From Seison nebaliae (Eukaryota): DNA of 20,000 nt. Where the stretch lies: assembly GCA_023231475.1 (NCBI GenBank), contig JALJEE010001605.1, forward strand, positions 109,841 to 129,840. The letters are read 5' to 3'. Every line of letters begins with the position of its first letter. The first letter of the stretch is position 1. Shown here one piece after another: positions 1-11,442 of this stretch. Below the pieces are notes generated by a model that did not search any database, was not told the origin of the DNA, and was given only the letters and a program-made list of their open reading frames with translations. A program made the position numbers and the translations under genes.

Positions 1-9
1 AAATTGAAA

Positions 10-37
10 AGAGAGAGACAGAGAGAGAGAGAGAGAG
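10..37. repeat. (GA)n microsatellite, one interruption
   Basis: agagagagacagagagagagagagagag read directly. Confidence 0.9.
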
Positions 38-759
38 GGAGTAAATCATTGTGAGTTATGAAACAATCGATTCTTCCACATATATATTTCGTCTTTAAAA
101 AAGAAATTTTCATTTGGTTAGAGATAGGAATTATGAGGAGAAAGTCAAATGAGAATTCTTTCTTATTCAAATTCATTTCTAAAGGCAAAACAAATTATTT
201 GCCGGTTACCAATAAATTTGTATATGTGCATTTGCGTCCGATTCTATTCAATACCAATTCAACAACTATGAATACTACAATTAAAATAAGTTAAATAATT
301 TACTATGATCACTGAAGCAAGAGGGAACGTTTTCATTCTCTATAACTTCTGTTCCAAATACATACACATCCCTAATAACACCACTCAATGGGGAACACTA
401 TCGGTAGGAGTAGAACTATTAGACATATCGAAAAATTAAGGAATAACTCCTATCCAATCAAATCAGTGAGAGAATCAACAAATATATGCGGATTCAGCCT
501 TTAGCATTTCACGAATTTAAGTTTAAATGAAGAATTGAGAGAAAACAATAGAAAAAGAAATTTGATGAGATCATTGATTCTTAATACTTTCGTCTTTTTC
601 CTTTTTATTATTCTTAACAATTTTCATATTTCCTTCCTACTTGTCATAAGTCTTTCATTTTCTGTTAATCCAACATGAGTTTGGAGAAGTAGCAATAGAT
701 GTGGAGGAAATATTAAAGCGGAAATCTCTCGGAAACAATGACTGGTACTTTTAGGGGTT

Positions 760-786
760 TGGCAGAAGTATGGCAGAAGTATGGCA
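760..786. repeat. Short tandem duplication, 11-bp unit TGGCAGAAGTA x ~2.5
   Basis: tggcagaagta tggcagaagta tggca read directly. Confidence 0.85.
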
Positions 787-2437
787 AATATTTAAATGTA
801 AACTAATCACGATTAACGGATTTGACATAACGAACAAGATGGAGGAATGGTAAAGAAAAGCAAAGGAGAATTGAAAAATAAGAAGAAGATTAATTAATGT
901 AGATGAACAGGAAGGGATCTAATAAAGAGGAAATATTGCTCTCGGCTTTCCAATCATTTCTTTATCTTCCAATTCTCCAATTTTTTCCAGAATTCTCCCC
1001 TAATCGGAATGAGTATACGTGAGGACGAAATGGATGGAAAGGTGTTATTTTAATGAGAATAAATCTCTTCTAGGCATGCTATTATAAGAAAGGTGTCATA
1101 AATTAGCCATTGATATTTAGAGAAATGTCAATGTACGATAATAATGATCGTCTAATCATTTTCTACTTGAGCATTATCTCCCAGCCAAATTCATTATGAA
1201 TCCTTAATCAACTAACTAATAAATAGTTGAATTATGATAATAGAAATTTATTAGAAAACACCCAACAACCCAATAAAGACACCAATATAAATTTCTAAAT
1301 AATATTTTCATATTTCTTTATTCGAACTATGTCGTTTTTGGGAGATAAAAAAAAATTCTTGGAATTATTAATTCAAACTTGTAACATCTATAAAATATTC
1401 GTCAAATGGTAAGAAAAGTTTAGTGGAAGATGGAATAAGGATTCTATTAAACTGAACTGAAGCATTAACTTCCATATAAACAATCGATTCATTCTAATTT
1501 ATTAATTCCATAAATTCATCTGAATGTTAACTTTTTCACCATCAACTACCAAATGTGATTTGAGGAAAGCATAAACATTAGCCGATCTTCAATGGTATCT
1601 ACAGATTTCTGAAAGGATTATTCCATTTTCTTCATGAATCCATTGTCATCGAACGATTCTCTACTATTAAATCAGATTTAAAAATTTATCGAACATAATT
1701 ATAGATGTTGAACGAAGCGTTTAATTAATCTCAATGACAACTATAAAACATTTGAAGAATGGAAAATTATATAAAAAACATTTTTCGGCATCCTATCATT
1801 TTCCGGAATAATTCAGGTGTGAAATGAAGTGACTCCCGAACACAACAAATTTTCACATCTTCCCAACACACTACAATTAAATTCATTCAAAGACATTTCA
1901 TATCTTGAAGTCGGATAGTCTACGATCGAACAATTGTGAAGCTTTCAGTATTTTTAAGTTGATAGAACTTGAAAAATTTTTTATTTACAATTCTTCCTCA
2001 AACAATAATAGGTGAAAGAAATTGATCTTATATTAATTTTGTTATAATATCACGATTGAGAACGTGAATTATTTAAGAAATCTCATAAGTTTATTTTCTT
2101 TTACTATTGGAACTCTCTAAACACAGGAGGAAGGTCCCGATTATAAAATCCAAATCGATTGATCAAAAATAAAGAAAACAAAAGTCAATTAAGTCTCACC
2201 CATTCCTCCAACATATCACCCGTCCATTGTCTGTGTTTGTAGAAAATAAATAAAATTCTCCTTCTTTTTGATGTGAGGGCAATCGATAATTTCCATTTTA
2301 TTTTAACAATCACATAACATTAAATTTTTTGGTTAAGAAAAGACAAATTAATTTATTATTGTTTTTGTCCAACATAGAAAATTGCCGAAAAATAAAATTC
2401 AGAAAACATTTATTAGAATTTACGAAGAATTTTGATC

Positions 2438-3179
2438 CTACTCGGTACATCTCTAGACAAAGGAATTGTTTAAATATAATGAAAAAATTTTTTAAAAATC
2501 TAACTAAAATTGCAGTGACCATATCACCACTCTCTTCTGTGAGGAATTTGCATGCCTTCTTCTTCGACACCTTTCCTTCCTCCATCACCATCTTCAATTC
2601 TTGTGCTGTGAACATTGGTTTGTCGTCTTTCATTGGAATTTCAATATCATCATCACTATCAACATCCGAATCATCATTATCTTTCTTTCCATCATCTTTC
2701 ATGTCACCTGAATTTCCTTTTGGTTCGCTCATCATTTTTGTTGCTTTCGCTAAATCTTCTCTCATATAACGATTAGCGTCTAATTTGGATGTGGCATCTT
2801 CAATTTTCGCTTCACCAAAAACAATATATGAATCCATATTTGGTACTTTGTACACTTCAGCGTTTTTGATAGCGAACGCCGTTGCACCTGGTTTTCGAAT
2901 AGTCACACAATTGTATTGGGGCAATTGTTGTGTCAAGAATTTAGCGAGTGTCTTTTTATGTTTCTTTTCACTTTTGTGCTTCTTTCGATTGCCACTCTTC
3001 TTCGAACGACCAGATTTCTGTTCCACATTCTCCTAAAATTTGAAAATTTTCATAAAAATCTTTTTATAAAATTTCAATGAAACTTTTGTATTTTCTACTT
3101 CGGACAATTTGGCTTCAAGATCTTCCAATTTGCCCGCGATCTCTTCCACATTATCCAAGCTTTCTTCTCCTTTTGCCAT
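2438..3179 (-). CDS. NACA: Nascent polypeptide-associated complex subunit alpha-like (divergent), ~212 aa, 3 exons
   Basis: Exons 3179-3084, 3032-2505, 2452-2438; introns 51 and 52 nt, GTT..TAG. NAC domain motifs VTIRK and VYKVP..DSYIVFGEAKIED. An acidic linker is followed by a C-terminal UBA-like domain (ELKMVMEEGKVSKKKACKFLTEESGDMVTAILRCTE*). Confidence 0.9.
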
Positions 3180-3365
3180 CTTATTTTGAGAGAAAGATAC
3201 AAATAGATTGAAACAAAATATTTAATTGATAAATAATGCAATTTTTATTAACAACAACGAGGTTAGATTGAAAATAATTTGAATAAATTTATCCAAAAAA
3301 AATTATAGAGATTAATTAAAATTTTTGAAATTCAAATTTTAAGCTTTGTAAATAGTGACATTATT

Positions 3366-3803
3366 ATGAGTCATAAAATTACACCAAGAATCATTTATTC
3401 AACAGCTTGTTCAATTTTACGTTATACGAGAAGGAATGACTTAATTCTTCAACCACTTAAATATTCGATTGGACATGAACAATTTAAGAGATTCTCATCG
3501 TCTTCTCATAATTTGCCAGTTGGAAATTGGATAAATTCACAAACTCCTTCAGAATATGAAAGGAAATTAATGATTCATTTCACGTGTAAAGTATGCAATG
3601 AGAGAAATAAGAAAACATTTTCGAAGCATTCTTACGAGAAAGGTGTTGTCATCATTCGATGTGAAGGATGTTCAAATTTACATTTAATTGCTGACAATTT
3701 ACAGTGGTTCTCCGACATCGATCAAAATTCGAACAATATTGAAAAGATTTTGGAGAAGAAGGGTGAATCAGTTGAAAGAAAAGATTCGTTTGAAATTGTT
3801 TAA
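3366..3803 (+). CDS. DNLZ: DNL-type zinc finger protein (Zim17/Tim15/Hep1, mtHsp70 escort), 145 aa, single exon
   Basis: zf-DNL signature FTCKVC..R....FSK.SYEKGVVIIRCEGC.NLHLIADNL.WF. The basic Arg/Ser-rich N-terminus is compatible with a mitochondrial presequence. Confidence 0.95.
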   Translation: MSHKITPRIIYSTACSILRYTRRNDLILQPLKYSIGHEQFKRFSSSSHNLPVGNWINSQTPSEYERKLMIHFTCKVCNERNKKTFSKHSYEKGVVIIRCEGCSNLHLIADNLQWFSDIDQNSNNIEKILEKKGESVERKDSFEIV

Positions 3804-4328
3804 TAAAATTTAAGTTCCAAAAAAAAAAGAAATATATTGAACATTTGTATGTTTTAATTGGAGGAAAGAAATGTATGTGAACAATTCGAATGAACGGGAT
3901 GATTCGTCGATTCTATCATCTAAAAAAATTTGTTTTTAATAAATTTTTTCATTTTCATAAACAGTTGGAGAAGAAGGAATGGTGATATGTGTGGATAGAT
4001 GAATGGATGAAGAAAAAGATATATTGAAGAGAATAAATAATAATAATAAATGTTGCTGTTTAAAGCTAAAATTAAACTGAAAATACTATCAGAAGAGAGA
4101 TTACCACTAATTAATTTAAAATGTCGTTAAACTCTTTAAAAGACAACAAGTGAATAATAATAATAGTCACATAAATTTGGAGATATGGTGATAATCTGAT
4201 GTTTTTTCCTTTCCAAAACAACATATCCCAAATGAAATGACATGTTAGAAAGAAATAAATGTGAATTGTAAACTGAAAATGAAATGAAATTCCAACAATC
4301 TTGAAATTAGAAATAAAGGAAGATTTGT

Positions 4329-6619
4329 TCAATCATTTTTAGTCATACGAATTTCGTTCGCTTCCTCATCCGATTGAGTTCCCATTAATGTGTCGATTAC
4401 TCTGGAAATTCATTGTATAATCGTGAAAAAAAAAGAATAATAATAATAATAACTTTTCAACATTGGGCACGGAACTAGATTGATTGTTTTTCGTTTTACT
4501 ATTGGAATTCTTCTTCTCTGGAATATTCTTATCCATCCATTCTAATTCTTTCTAGAAGTTTAATGGAATGGAAATTTTCATGAAAATTTGAAAAATACGA
4601 ACATCCACTCGACTTTCTTCAAAATTGTCGTCTGCTGATTTATCTCGTTCTTTGTTAATTAATCGTTGTTTGACATTATCAGAATCTAAAAGAAATGAGA
4701 ATTAAATATAAATTGAAAAATAAAACCATAAATTACATGATCCAATTGAATATCTTCCTCTTGATCGTCATCGAGTAATGGTGAGAAAGCATATCTGATG
4801 AAATGAAGATGGAATTGGAACGAAATAGAAGAATGAAACCTTTGATTATTTTTCGACGGTCTCCAAAGAATAATAATGACGAGAAGCATCAAAGAAAATA
4901 ATATTTGCCAAATAGCAGTATCCATCCACATATTCTTCCACGCCATCATACATGCCGTAAAATGATGATTAAATAATGATAATATCATAAAAACAATTGA
5001 AGCTTCCAATATGTTAAATTAGAAATTAATAATTTAAATTATATTCAATTTAATTAACCCAATACACAACATATTAATGTGAATGTAAAATGACGATACA
5101 AATTCAATTTGACGATGTTATTCCGTTCTCTTAAAACCTTAATTGTATGATGTAATGTGGTGAAAATCCAATAACATAAAAATGCATCAGCTCCCGCTAA
5201 AATTAGAATATATTAAAGAAAAAAAATTAATTGACATAATAATTGGAGGAAAGGAAGAACCTAAAGGAATTTGTGAAATTGCTGCTCGTTTCGGATCATT
5301 GGCGAAAACTTTGAAGAAAGCATCGAATAATGAGAGAATGAAATATCCAATTCCACATAACAAGACATTTCTCATTAATTCACCTAATCTCGGTCTAGTC
5401 AATCATATCAATTTGTTCATTTTAGAAAAAGAGATAAATGAATAAACTTCACAATACCATAACCGAAAGCCACTATGAGAATTAAAATACGTGCCAAACT
5501 CCTCTTACCTGCTGAAACGATTTCAGCAGCCAATGCAATTTTTATATCTCTTTTTCCTGTTTTATCCACTTGTTCATATTCAGCTAAATACATGGCCTTT
5601 TCAATCATTCCTATGAGAATGACGAATCCAATCCAAAATTGAATTCTCAACAATTGTCTCCAATATCTCGCTAAATAAAATAGCCAGATAATGGCGAATA
5701 TTGCTGGGAAAATGAATATCATAAAATTTTCATATAAGTCTAATATGAACTGTAAACGCAACAGAGTAGCGAATAGAAGGGAATGAAAATTTTGTTTGAT
5801 GCTGATAAATATCTATTTGTTCTGGGATTCTTTATTTCAATTCGAATATCAATCGGATGATCTTTCCAATCGGATGGTTTTGGTCCATATAATTCGAAAG
5901 TGAATGCATATTCACTCGTCTCACAAACATCTATCAATAACTGCTTTTTCGCATGAACGGATAATATATCGGACTTAATAAATAATTTTGAATAAAATGA
6001 AGAGAAATTTAAAAAGAGAAGGTTGATAAACTTCATTTTTCACTGCTCGAACATTACGAGATTTAGTTAAATTAGATTTGTTGATTTCCGTTCTTTGACA
6101 TGTCCTCTCCATCACTTCAGGTTGATCATAATCACAATTAAAAGTGACTGGTAGAAACAGAATCATGTTTGATGAGGATTCCTTCTTCTTTGTAATAAAA
6201 GAAATTTCAATTGGAAATATTGAAAATAAATAATTTTTTAGAAAGATATTTAACTGGAATTGAAACACTTCGAGAAATATCATTTTGACATTGGATCATT
6301 TCCAAATAATATTTTACTGTAAATTTTAAATTACTCGATCGACAATCGACTAGAGAGAAATTGAAAATGAAGACCAAATAGAAATTATGAGAAATGTAAC
6401 GATCTAATAGGACTCGATCACCAGCAGTAATCGAATGCACGAACTGTTTATTAGTATTCTATCATAGAATTATATAAATGAATTGTAATCAAGTTAAAAG
6501 AAAACGTTTATAATATCTTTAATTTCGAAGTATCCTTGTTCGGGTAACAGACAAGTTGATTGATGGAAAACGAAGACACATAAGAGAACTGCGACATATT
6601 GAGAGAAGAATTTGTTCAT
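4329..6619 (-). CDS. TMEM87: TMEM87-family (GOST / lung seven-TM receptor family) Golgi membrane protein, ~552 aa, 13 exons
   Basis: Exons 6619-6506, 6458-6401, 6349-6255, 6187-6032, 5973-5751, 5703-5448, 5394-5261, 5196-5059, 5002-4840, 4794-4727, 4685-4603, 4551-4454, 4401-4329 join into one open frame (1659 nt). Signal peptide, then family motifs WRQLLRIQFWI, GMIEKA, KRSLARILILIVAFGYGIVKPRLG, NIVKLNLYRHFT, LWRPSKNNQRYAFSPLLDD and ELEWMDKNIP. The acceptors of introns 1 and 3 have in-frame alternatives. Confidence 0.92.
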
Positions 6620-6861
6620 TTCACTTCCACTTGTTCCTCACCAAAATTTTCAACTTATGTGAATATGTAGCAGTTGATTGAAAATAACTGACGATGTGTT
6701 AATAAATCGACCAAATAAATAACACGTCTCATTTAATTAATTTCATTAAGCTTATCATTTAAATCAATTATCTAATTATTATCTCATCATTTTCACTTTC
6801 TACGACTCAGATGAGAAACACAACAATTATTTAATCTTATTAAATTATTTTCATTGTTCAT

Positions 6862-6869
6862 TGACGTCA
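6862..6869. promoter_or_regulatory. Perfect CRE palindrome TGACGTCA about 240 bp upstream of the TMEM87 start codon
   Basis: Exact 8-bp match in the TMEM87 upstream region. Function is untested and the match could be chance. Confidence 0.25.
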
Positions 6870-7184
6870 GATAGTGATGATACCAATACCTAATACCTAA
6901 CACAGATGAAACTTTGTCAACTTATCAAACTTCAAATGGATTACTTTCTGAATGATAAATTATTCTAATCAATTTAATTTAAAAAAATTTAAACTATTAA
7001 AAATTAGCTTGGATAAGAATGGAGAAGTTGAAAATACTTGATTTTACTTGATTAATTATTGGTTTTATTATAAGAACTTCTTTCAAAAAAAAAACATATG
7101 GAGACAACAATTTAATGTCGATTTATATTTATCGGGATAACAAGAGGAAAAGATTTATTTCATTAAAATTTAATGAAATAATTT

Positions 7185-7580
7185 TTAGATATGTGATGGA
7201 TACAACATAACACGAATACGATGTCCCATGGCGTTTGGTGGAAGATTGTGAGAGAATTTTGCTCGCACGCTACCACTATTCCCGTGAACTCTTGTCACTT
7301 TTCCCCAAATAGCACGAACTTTCTTTTGTTTTCCATTTTGGGAGGATTGCGATCTGAGAAATTAGAAATAAAATTTGAATAAGAATTTAAAGAAGGAGAC
7401 GAACCCTTTGGATTTATAGACGAAGACACATCGTTTACCTAAATAAAAGTGAGCGTCTTTCTGGTCATACACACCGTCCAACTTCAACAGAGCTGTGTTT
7501 TCGTGTTGATTTCTCAATCCACGTTTATATCCAGTGAATACACCTTTGACGTAAAGTCTGGTAAATTTATCGTTGGACAT
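7185..7580 (-). CDS. RPL35A: 60S ribosomal protein L35a (eL33), 114 aa, 2 exons
   Basis: Exons 7580-7405 and 7353-7185; 51-nt intron GTTCGT..CAG. Sequence [30 protein letters not shown]...[43 protein letters not shown]. Confidence 0.98.
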
Positions 7581-7881
7581 GATATTTTTGGGAAGAAAAT
7601 AATTATTCTAAAAAATCGAAAAAATCCGTTCAAATGAGAGTTTGATGAATTTGAGAATAAGATACAAAAATCGTGAAAATTACATTATTTAAATAAATTA
7701 TTTCTATACATCACTGTTGTTGTTGGTGAACTTAAAATTTAAATATTCCGAAACTTTTTCAAATTTTCTCATAAAACTTTCTCTCATTTCAAACGAGAAT
7801 TGTCATCTCATTTCAATTTGTATTGATTATTTTAAAATTAAAAATTGTTCAGTCATTCAGTCAACATTGTTGTATAAGACG

Positions 7882-9245
7882 ATGGAAAATGTGCATATAG
7901 TTTGTGCGAAACGTAGCGCAGTAGGTTCATATTATGGATCATTATCCAAATTACCCGCAACTATTATTGGTTCTCAGGTTGTAATTGAAATGAAGGAAGA
8001 ACTGGAATTATCAAATAATGATATATCTGAATTTATTATAGGACAATGTCTTGTCGCTGGTCAAGGTTTGATGTTTTATGGAAATTTTAAATAATTTTTA
8101 GATAATAATTAATTAAATTTTTTAATTTAGGACAAAATCCTGCGAGACAAACAGCACTTCTTTCTGGATTTTCTCATTCGACTAATGCATTCACCATCAA
8201 TATGGTATGTGGTTCTGGATTAAAATCAATCGTTATGGCATTTAATGAAATTCGATTAAATGATGATGGTGGGAAGATCATCATTGCTGGTGGACAAGAG
8301 AATATGAGTTTTACTCCTCATTTAGTTTTCGCGAGAAATCCTCTCAAATTCGGAAATGGAGAACTGATCGATTCAATGAAATTTGACGGTTTAACTGATG
8401 CATTCCATAAAGTGGCGATGGGAGAAACGGCAGAACAGATTGTCGACAAATACAAAATAACGAGAGAAGCGCAAGACATTTTTGCATACAATTCTCATAT
8501 GAAATATTTTGAGAATGGTCAAAATGGATTTAAAGAAGAAATTACTCCAATAAAGTTGATTGATATGAAAAAATTAGAAAAATTTCAACAAGACAATTTA
8601 TTCTCCTCATTATCAATCGTTCCATTTCTAAAAGATGACAATACATCGAAATTGTTTAGTGAGGATGAAGGTCCAAGAAAAGATACTTCGATAGAAAAAT
8701 TGAGAAAATTGAGACCATATTTCCGTCCGAAATCTGGAACAGTCACACCTGGATCATCATCAACTATTAATGATGGTGCTGCTTTCTTATGTTTGACATC
8801 GGAAAATGAAATGAAAAAACGGAATTGGAAGTCATTAGGACGAATCGTGACGTTTGGACAAAGTGGTTGTAATCCAATCATTATGGGCATTGCTCCAGTT
8901 GAAGCGATAAAGAAATGTTTGAAGAAAGCCAATTGGAAATTGAGTGAAGTTGACATATTTGAATTGAATGAAGCATTCGCAGCACAATCATTAGCTGTCA
9001 TTAAAGAATTGGATATTGAATTAAAGAAGGAGAATGATAATTGTTCAGGCGATTGTTCCATTGCTCAAAAAGTTAATATTTGTGGTGGTGCTATTGCAAT
9101 TGGACATCCGATCGGCGCATCGGGAGCTCGCGTTCTAGTCACTTTAATTCATTTAATGAAACGAAAAAATTTAAAGAAAGGAATTGCTGCCTTATGTATT
9201 GGTGGTGGACAAGCTATAGCAGTAGCAATCGAAAATTGTCTGTGA
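7882..9245 (+). CDS. ACAT2: Acetyl-CoA acetyltransferase (thiolase II, probably cytosolic), ~432 aa, 2 exons
   Basis: Exons 7882-8065 and 8131-9245; 65-nt intron GTTTGA..TAG. Motifs GQGQNPARQ, INMVCGSGL (nucleophile Cys), NDGAA, NEAFA, GHPIGASG and LCIGGG. No N-terminal presequence. Confidence 0.93.
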
Positions 9246-9478
9246 TTTCTTCTCATTTTTTCTTCCTATTTATCATATTTATTATTATTAGTTCGTATAT
9301 TTATTATTAGTTTATTTCGAAAAATTTTTAATTGTCGAAACTATTCATTTTACTTCAAATAAAGAGAAAGAAATTAGAAAAATTTTGTTTATGTTGAATG
9401 AAACATGATAAGAAAAAAAATTAATGAAATATTTTAATATCTCGAAACGGAATTAAAACAAATTGACAATTGGACGAC

Positions 9479-9484
9479 TATAAA
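9479..9484 (+). promoter_or_regulatory. Candidate TATA box (TATAAA) of insulin-like gene 1
   Basis: gacTATAAAttg lies about 55 nt upstream of the ATG at 9540. The AT-rich background weakens the call. Confidence 0.3.
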
Positions 9485-9539
9485 TTGAAAGAGAAAAAGA
9501 GATTATGCAGAAAAAATTGAAAATTATTTTTTTTAAATT

Positions 9540-9931
9540 ATGAAATTCTTGATTTTATTAGTTTCCATTTTATTAGTTTGGTGCACCGTCTCCTCAACTA
9601 GTTTGGATAATCCACTACGTCAAATTGAACACCAATCGGCAAAGAAAATATATCGAGCTATGAAGTGTTTAAGGAAGTCATGTAAAGGTCAATCCGTCCA
9701 ATGTTTCATATGTGGCGAAGCGTTTTATAAAGTTTTAGATATATTTGGGAAAAGTTAAAAATTTCTTTCCTTTTTGTAGAAATGACACTTAACTATCTTA
9801 TTATAGAGAAAGTAACTTGTAAGTCAACGGGAAAGAAAGATATTGACTGGTCTTCAGTTAGAGAGCCGAAAACGGATTATTGTTGTCATCATGGATGTAC
9901 GATGAAAGATATTATCAATTTTCTTAATTGA
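9540..9931 (+). CDS. Atypical insulin-like peptide precursor 1, 112 aa, 2 exons
   Basis: Exons 9540-9753 and 9807-9931; phase-1 intron of 53 nt, GTTAAA..TAG. Signal peptide MKFLILLVSILLVWCTVSS, B-chain-like ICGEAFYKVLDIF, A-chain-like TDYCCHHGCTMKDIINFLN*. Confidence 0.82.
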
Positions 9932-10163
9932 GATTAGTTCTAAAAGAAGGGACGGTTAACCGGAAAGAAATCGTTTATTTATAACATTCAAAATTTTCTT
10001 TTTTCGTTTTTTACAATTAAAAATAAAATAATCAATAAAAACCAAATTACGGAATGAATCATAAAAAAATTAGTTTTGAATAAACAAAATAATTTTAAAA
10101 AAAAATACGAAGAATTTCTCATTAAATTATTACCATCATTCTCCAATTCTAAACGATTTCTTT

Positions 10164-10671
10164 TCATTTATGACCATGAGGAAACTTCTCATTTAAATAC
10201 ATCAGTTGCTCCAATGAACATCCACGTTGACAACAAGTTTCCGGTAGTAAAAATTCTTCCTTCCAATCAGCTAAATGATTTCGACGACATTTTTTCGCTA
10301 AAATTTTTTAAAAGAGTTTCAGTTTTAGTTTAATGGAAAGATGAAGAATAGTAACGGTATTTGACGGAATATAAATCTTCGAGAATTAAATATAAAACTT
10401 CGCCACACAAATTACAAGTGGATAGATCAAAGCAAGATCGTTTCAAACATTTTTTTTGTCGTTCGACTCTTAATCTTGTGGACACGCCATGATGGAATGA
10501 GAAACGTCTTGATCGATGTAATGTTAAATTCTCAAACGATAGTCCATTATTAATTTCCTTCAATTGTTTTTGACGTGGTTGATATTTGGTTTGTGCTTGG
10601 AAATGTGTTGTACGTAATGATACGAATGGTATCAGAATTGTTAGAACGACTATTGAGATAGAAAAGTTCAT
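10164..10671 (-). CDS. Atypical insulin-like peptide precursor 2, 149 aa, 2 exons
   Basis: Exons 10671-10356 and 10297-10164; phase-1 intron of 58 nt, GTTACT..TAG. Hydrophobic N-terminus, propeptide ending in furin-type RSRR, B-like LCGEVLYLILEDLY, A-like PETCCQRGCSLEQLMYLN. Confidence 0.85.
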
Positions 10672-11442
10672 TTGACTCAAAATGAATGTTGAATGTTCAA
10701 ATAATTCTAATGTGGTTGTTGAAGATTAATTGAACAGATCTGATGAGTATTTTATGGAGAGACAAGATATGGAAATTTGATATTAGAATATGGATGAAAT
10801 GAATTATATTTATATTGTCATTCGAGATGTGGTGGCAGCGAAGGAAATGACTAATTGAGTGGATATTTAGGTCAATGTTTTCTTTCCAGTTATAAGTAGG
10901 AAAAATGAAAATGAAGAAGAAAGAAAGTTTGTTGAGTTTCGAGAGGTGATAAACGGGAAAATAATCGTGTTCTTTTTCTCAATGGATACAAATGAAATAA
11001 TTCGTTCTCTTTTTCGCTCATCCATCAACTCTCAAGCAACAATAGAGAAATAGTTATCAACAACAAACCACCACGTAGTGATGTCGTTAACAAAAAGAAA
11101 TTAAAATAGATGATGACAAATAACGACTGGACGAGGAAACGATCAACCGGAAATTTATCGACATTTAAGAAAGATGAAGCCGGAAAAATAGAGGAGAAAT
11201 AGAGAAAAGAATAACAAAAGATGCTAATGAAATAGGAAACGATAGCCAAATGTTTTTATCATATGGTTTCCATTATCGTTCAATATTTATGTTGTCTAAA
11301 TATTATTTTTGTATTTCTTTCTTCTTCTTTTATTTATTTATCATTATTCTTCTTCTTCTATCTCATTATTCTCGGATCATTATTAGATGCGGATCATTTT
11401 CCTTAATATATTTGTTCCTCTCATTGTGAGTTGTTTGTCTAG

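Noticed and set aside
58..294. 78-aa plus-strand ORF, and possible minus-strand mini-exons near 210-335 (MKTFPLASVII...)
   Set aside because: No recognisable homology, low-complexity AT-rich translation, and the required donors are GTA, unlike every supported intron here.
1380..2000. Coding-like fragments on the minus strand (e.g. QWIHEENGIILSEICRYH*RSANVYAFLKSHLVVDGEKV)
   Set aside because: Multiple stops in all frames and no motif. It could be a decayed relic but cannot be supported without a search.
2329..3036. Plus-strand ORFs 2329-2769 and 2785-3036
   Set aside because: Antisense shadows of the NAC-alpha coding exon.
8585..9310. ORFs 8585-9061 (-) and 9080-9310 (+)
   Set aside because: Antisense and alternative-frame shadows of the thiolase.
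10076..10333. 85-aa plus-strand ORF
   Set aside because: Non-ATG start and antisense to exon 2 of insulin-like gene 2.
10740..10790. CTGATGA...GAAA resembling a hammerhead ribozyme core
   Set aside because: Stem II is out of register and no convincing stems I or III form.
11025..11249. 74-aa hydrophobic minus-strand ORF, considered as a third peptide gene
   Set aside because: TTG start with an in-frame stop just upstream, no Cys framework, and hydrophobicity explained by T-richness.
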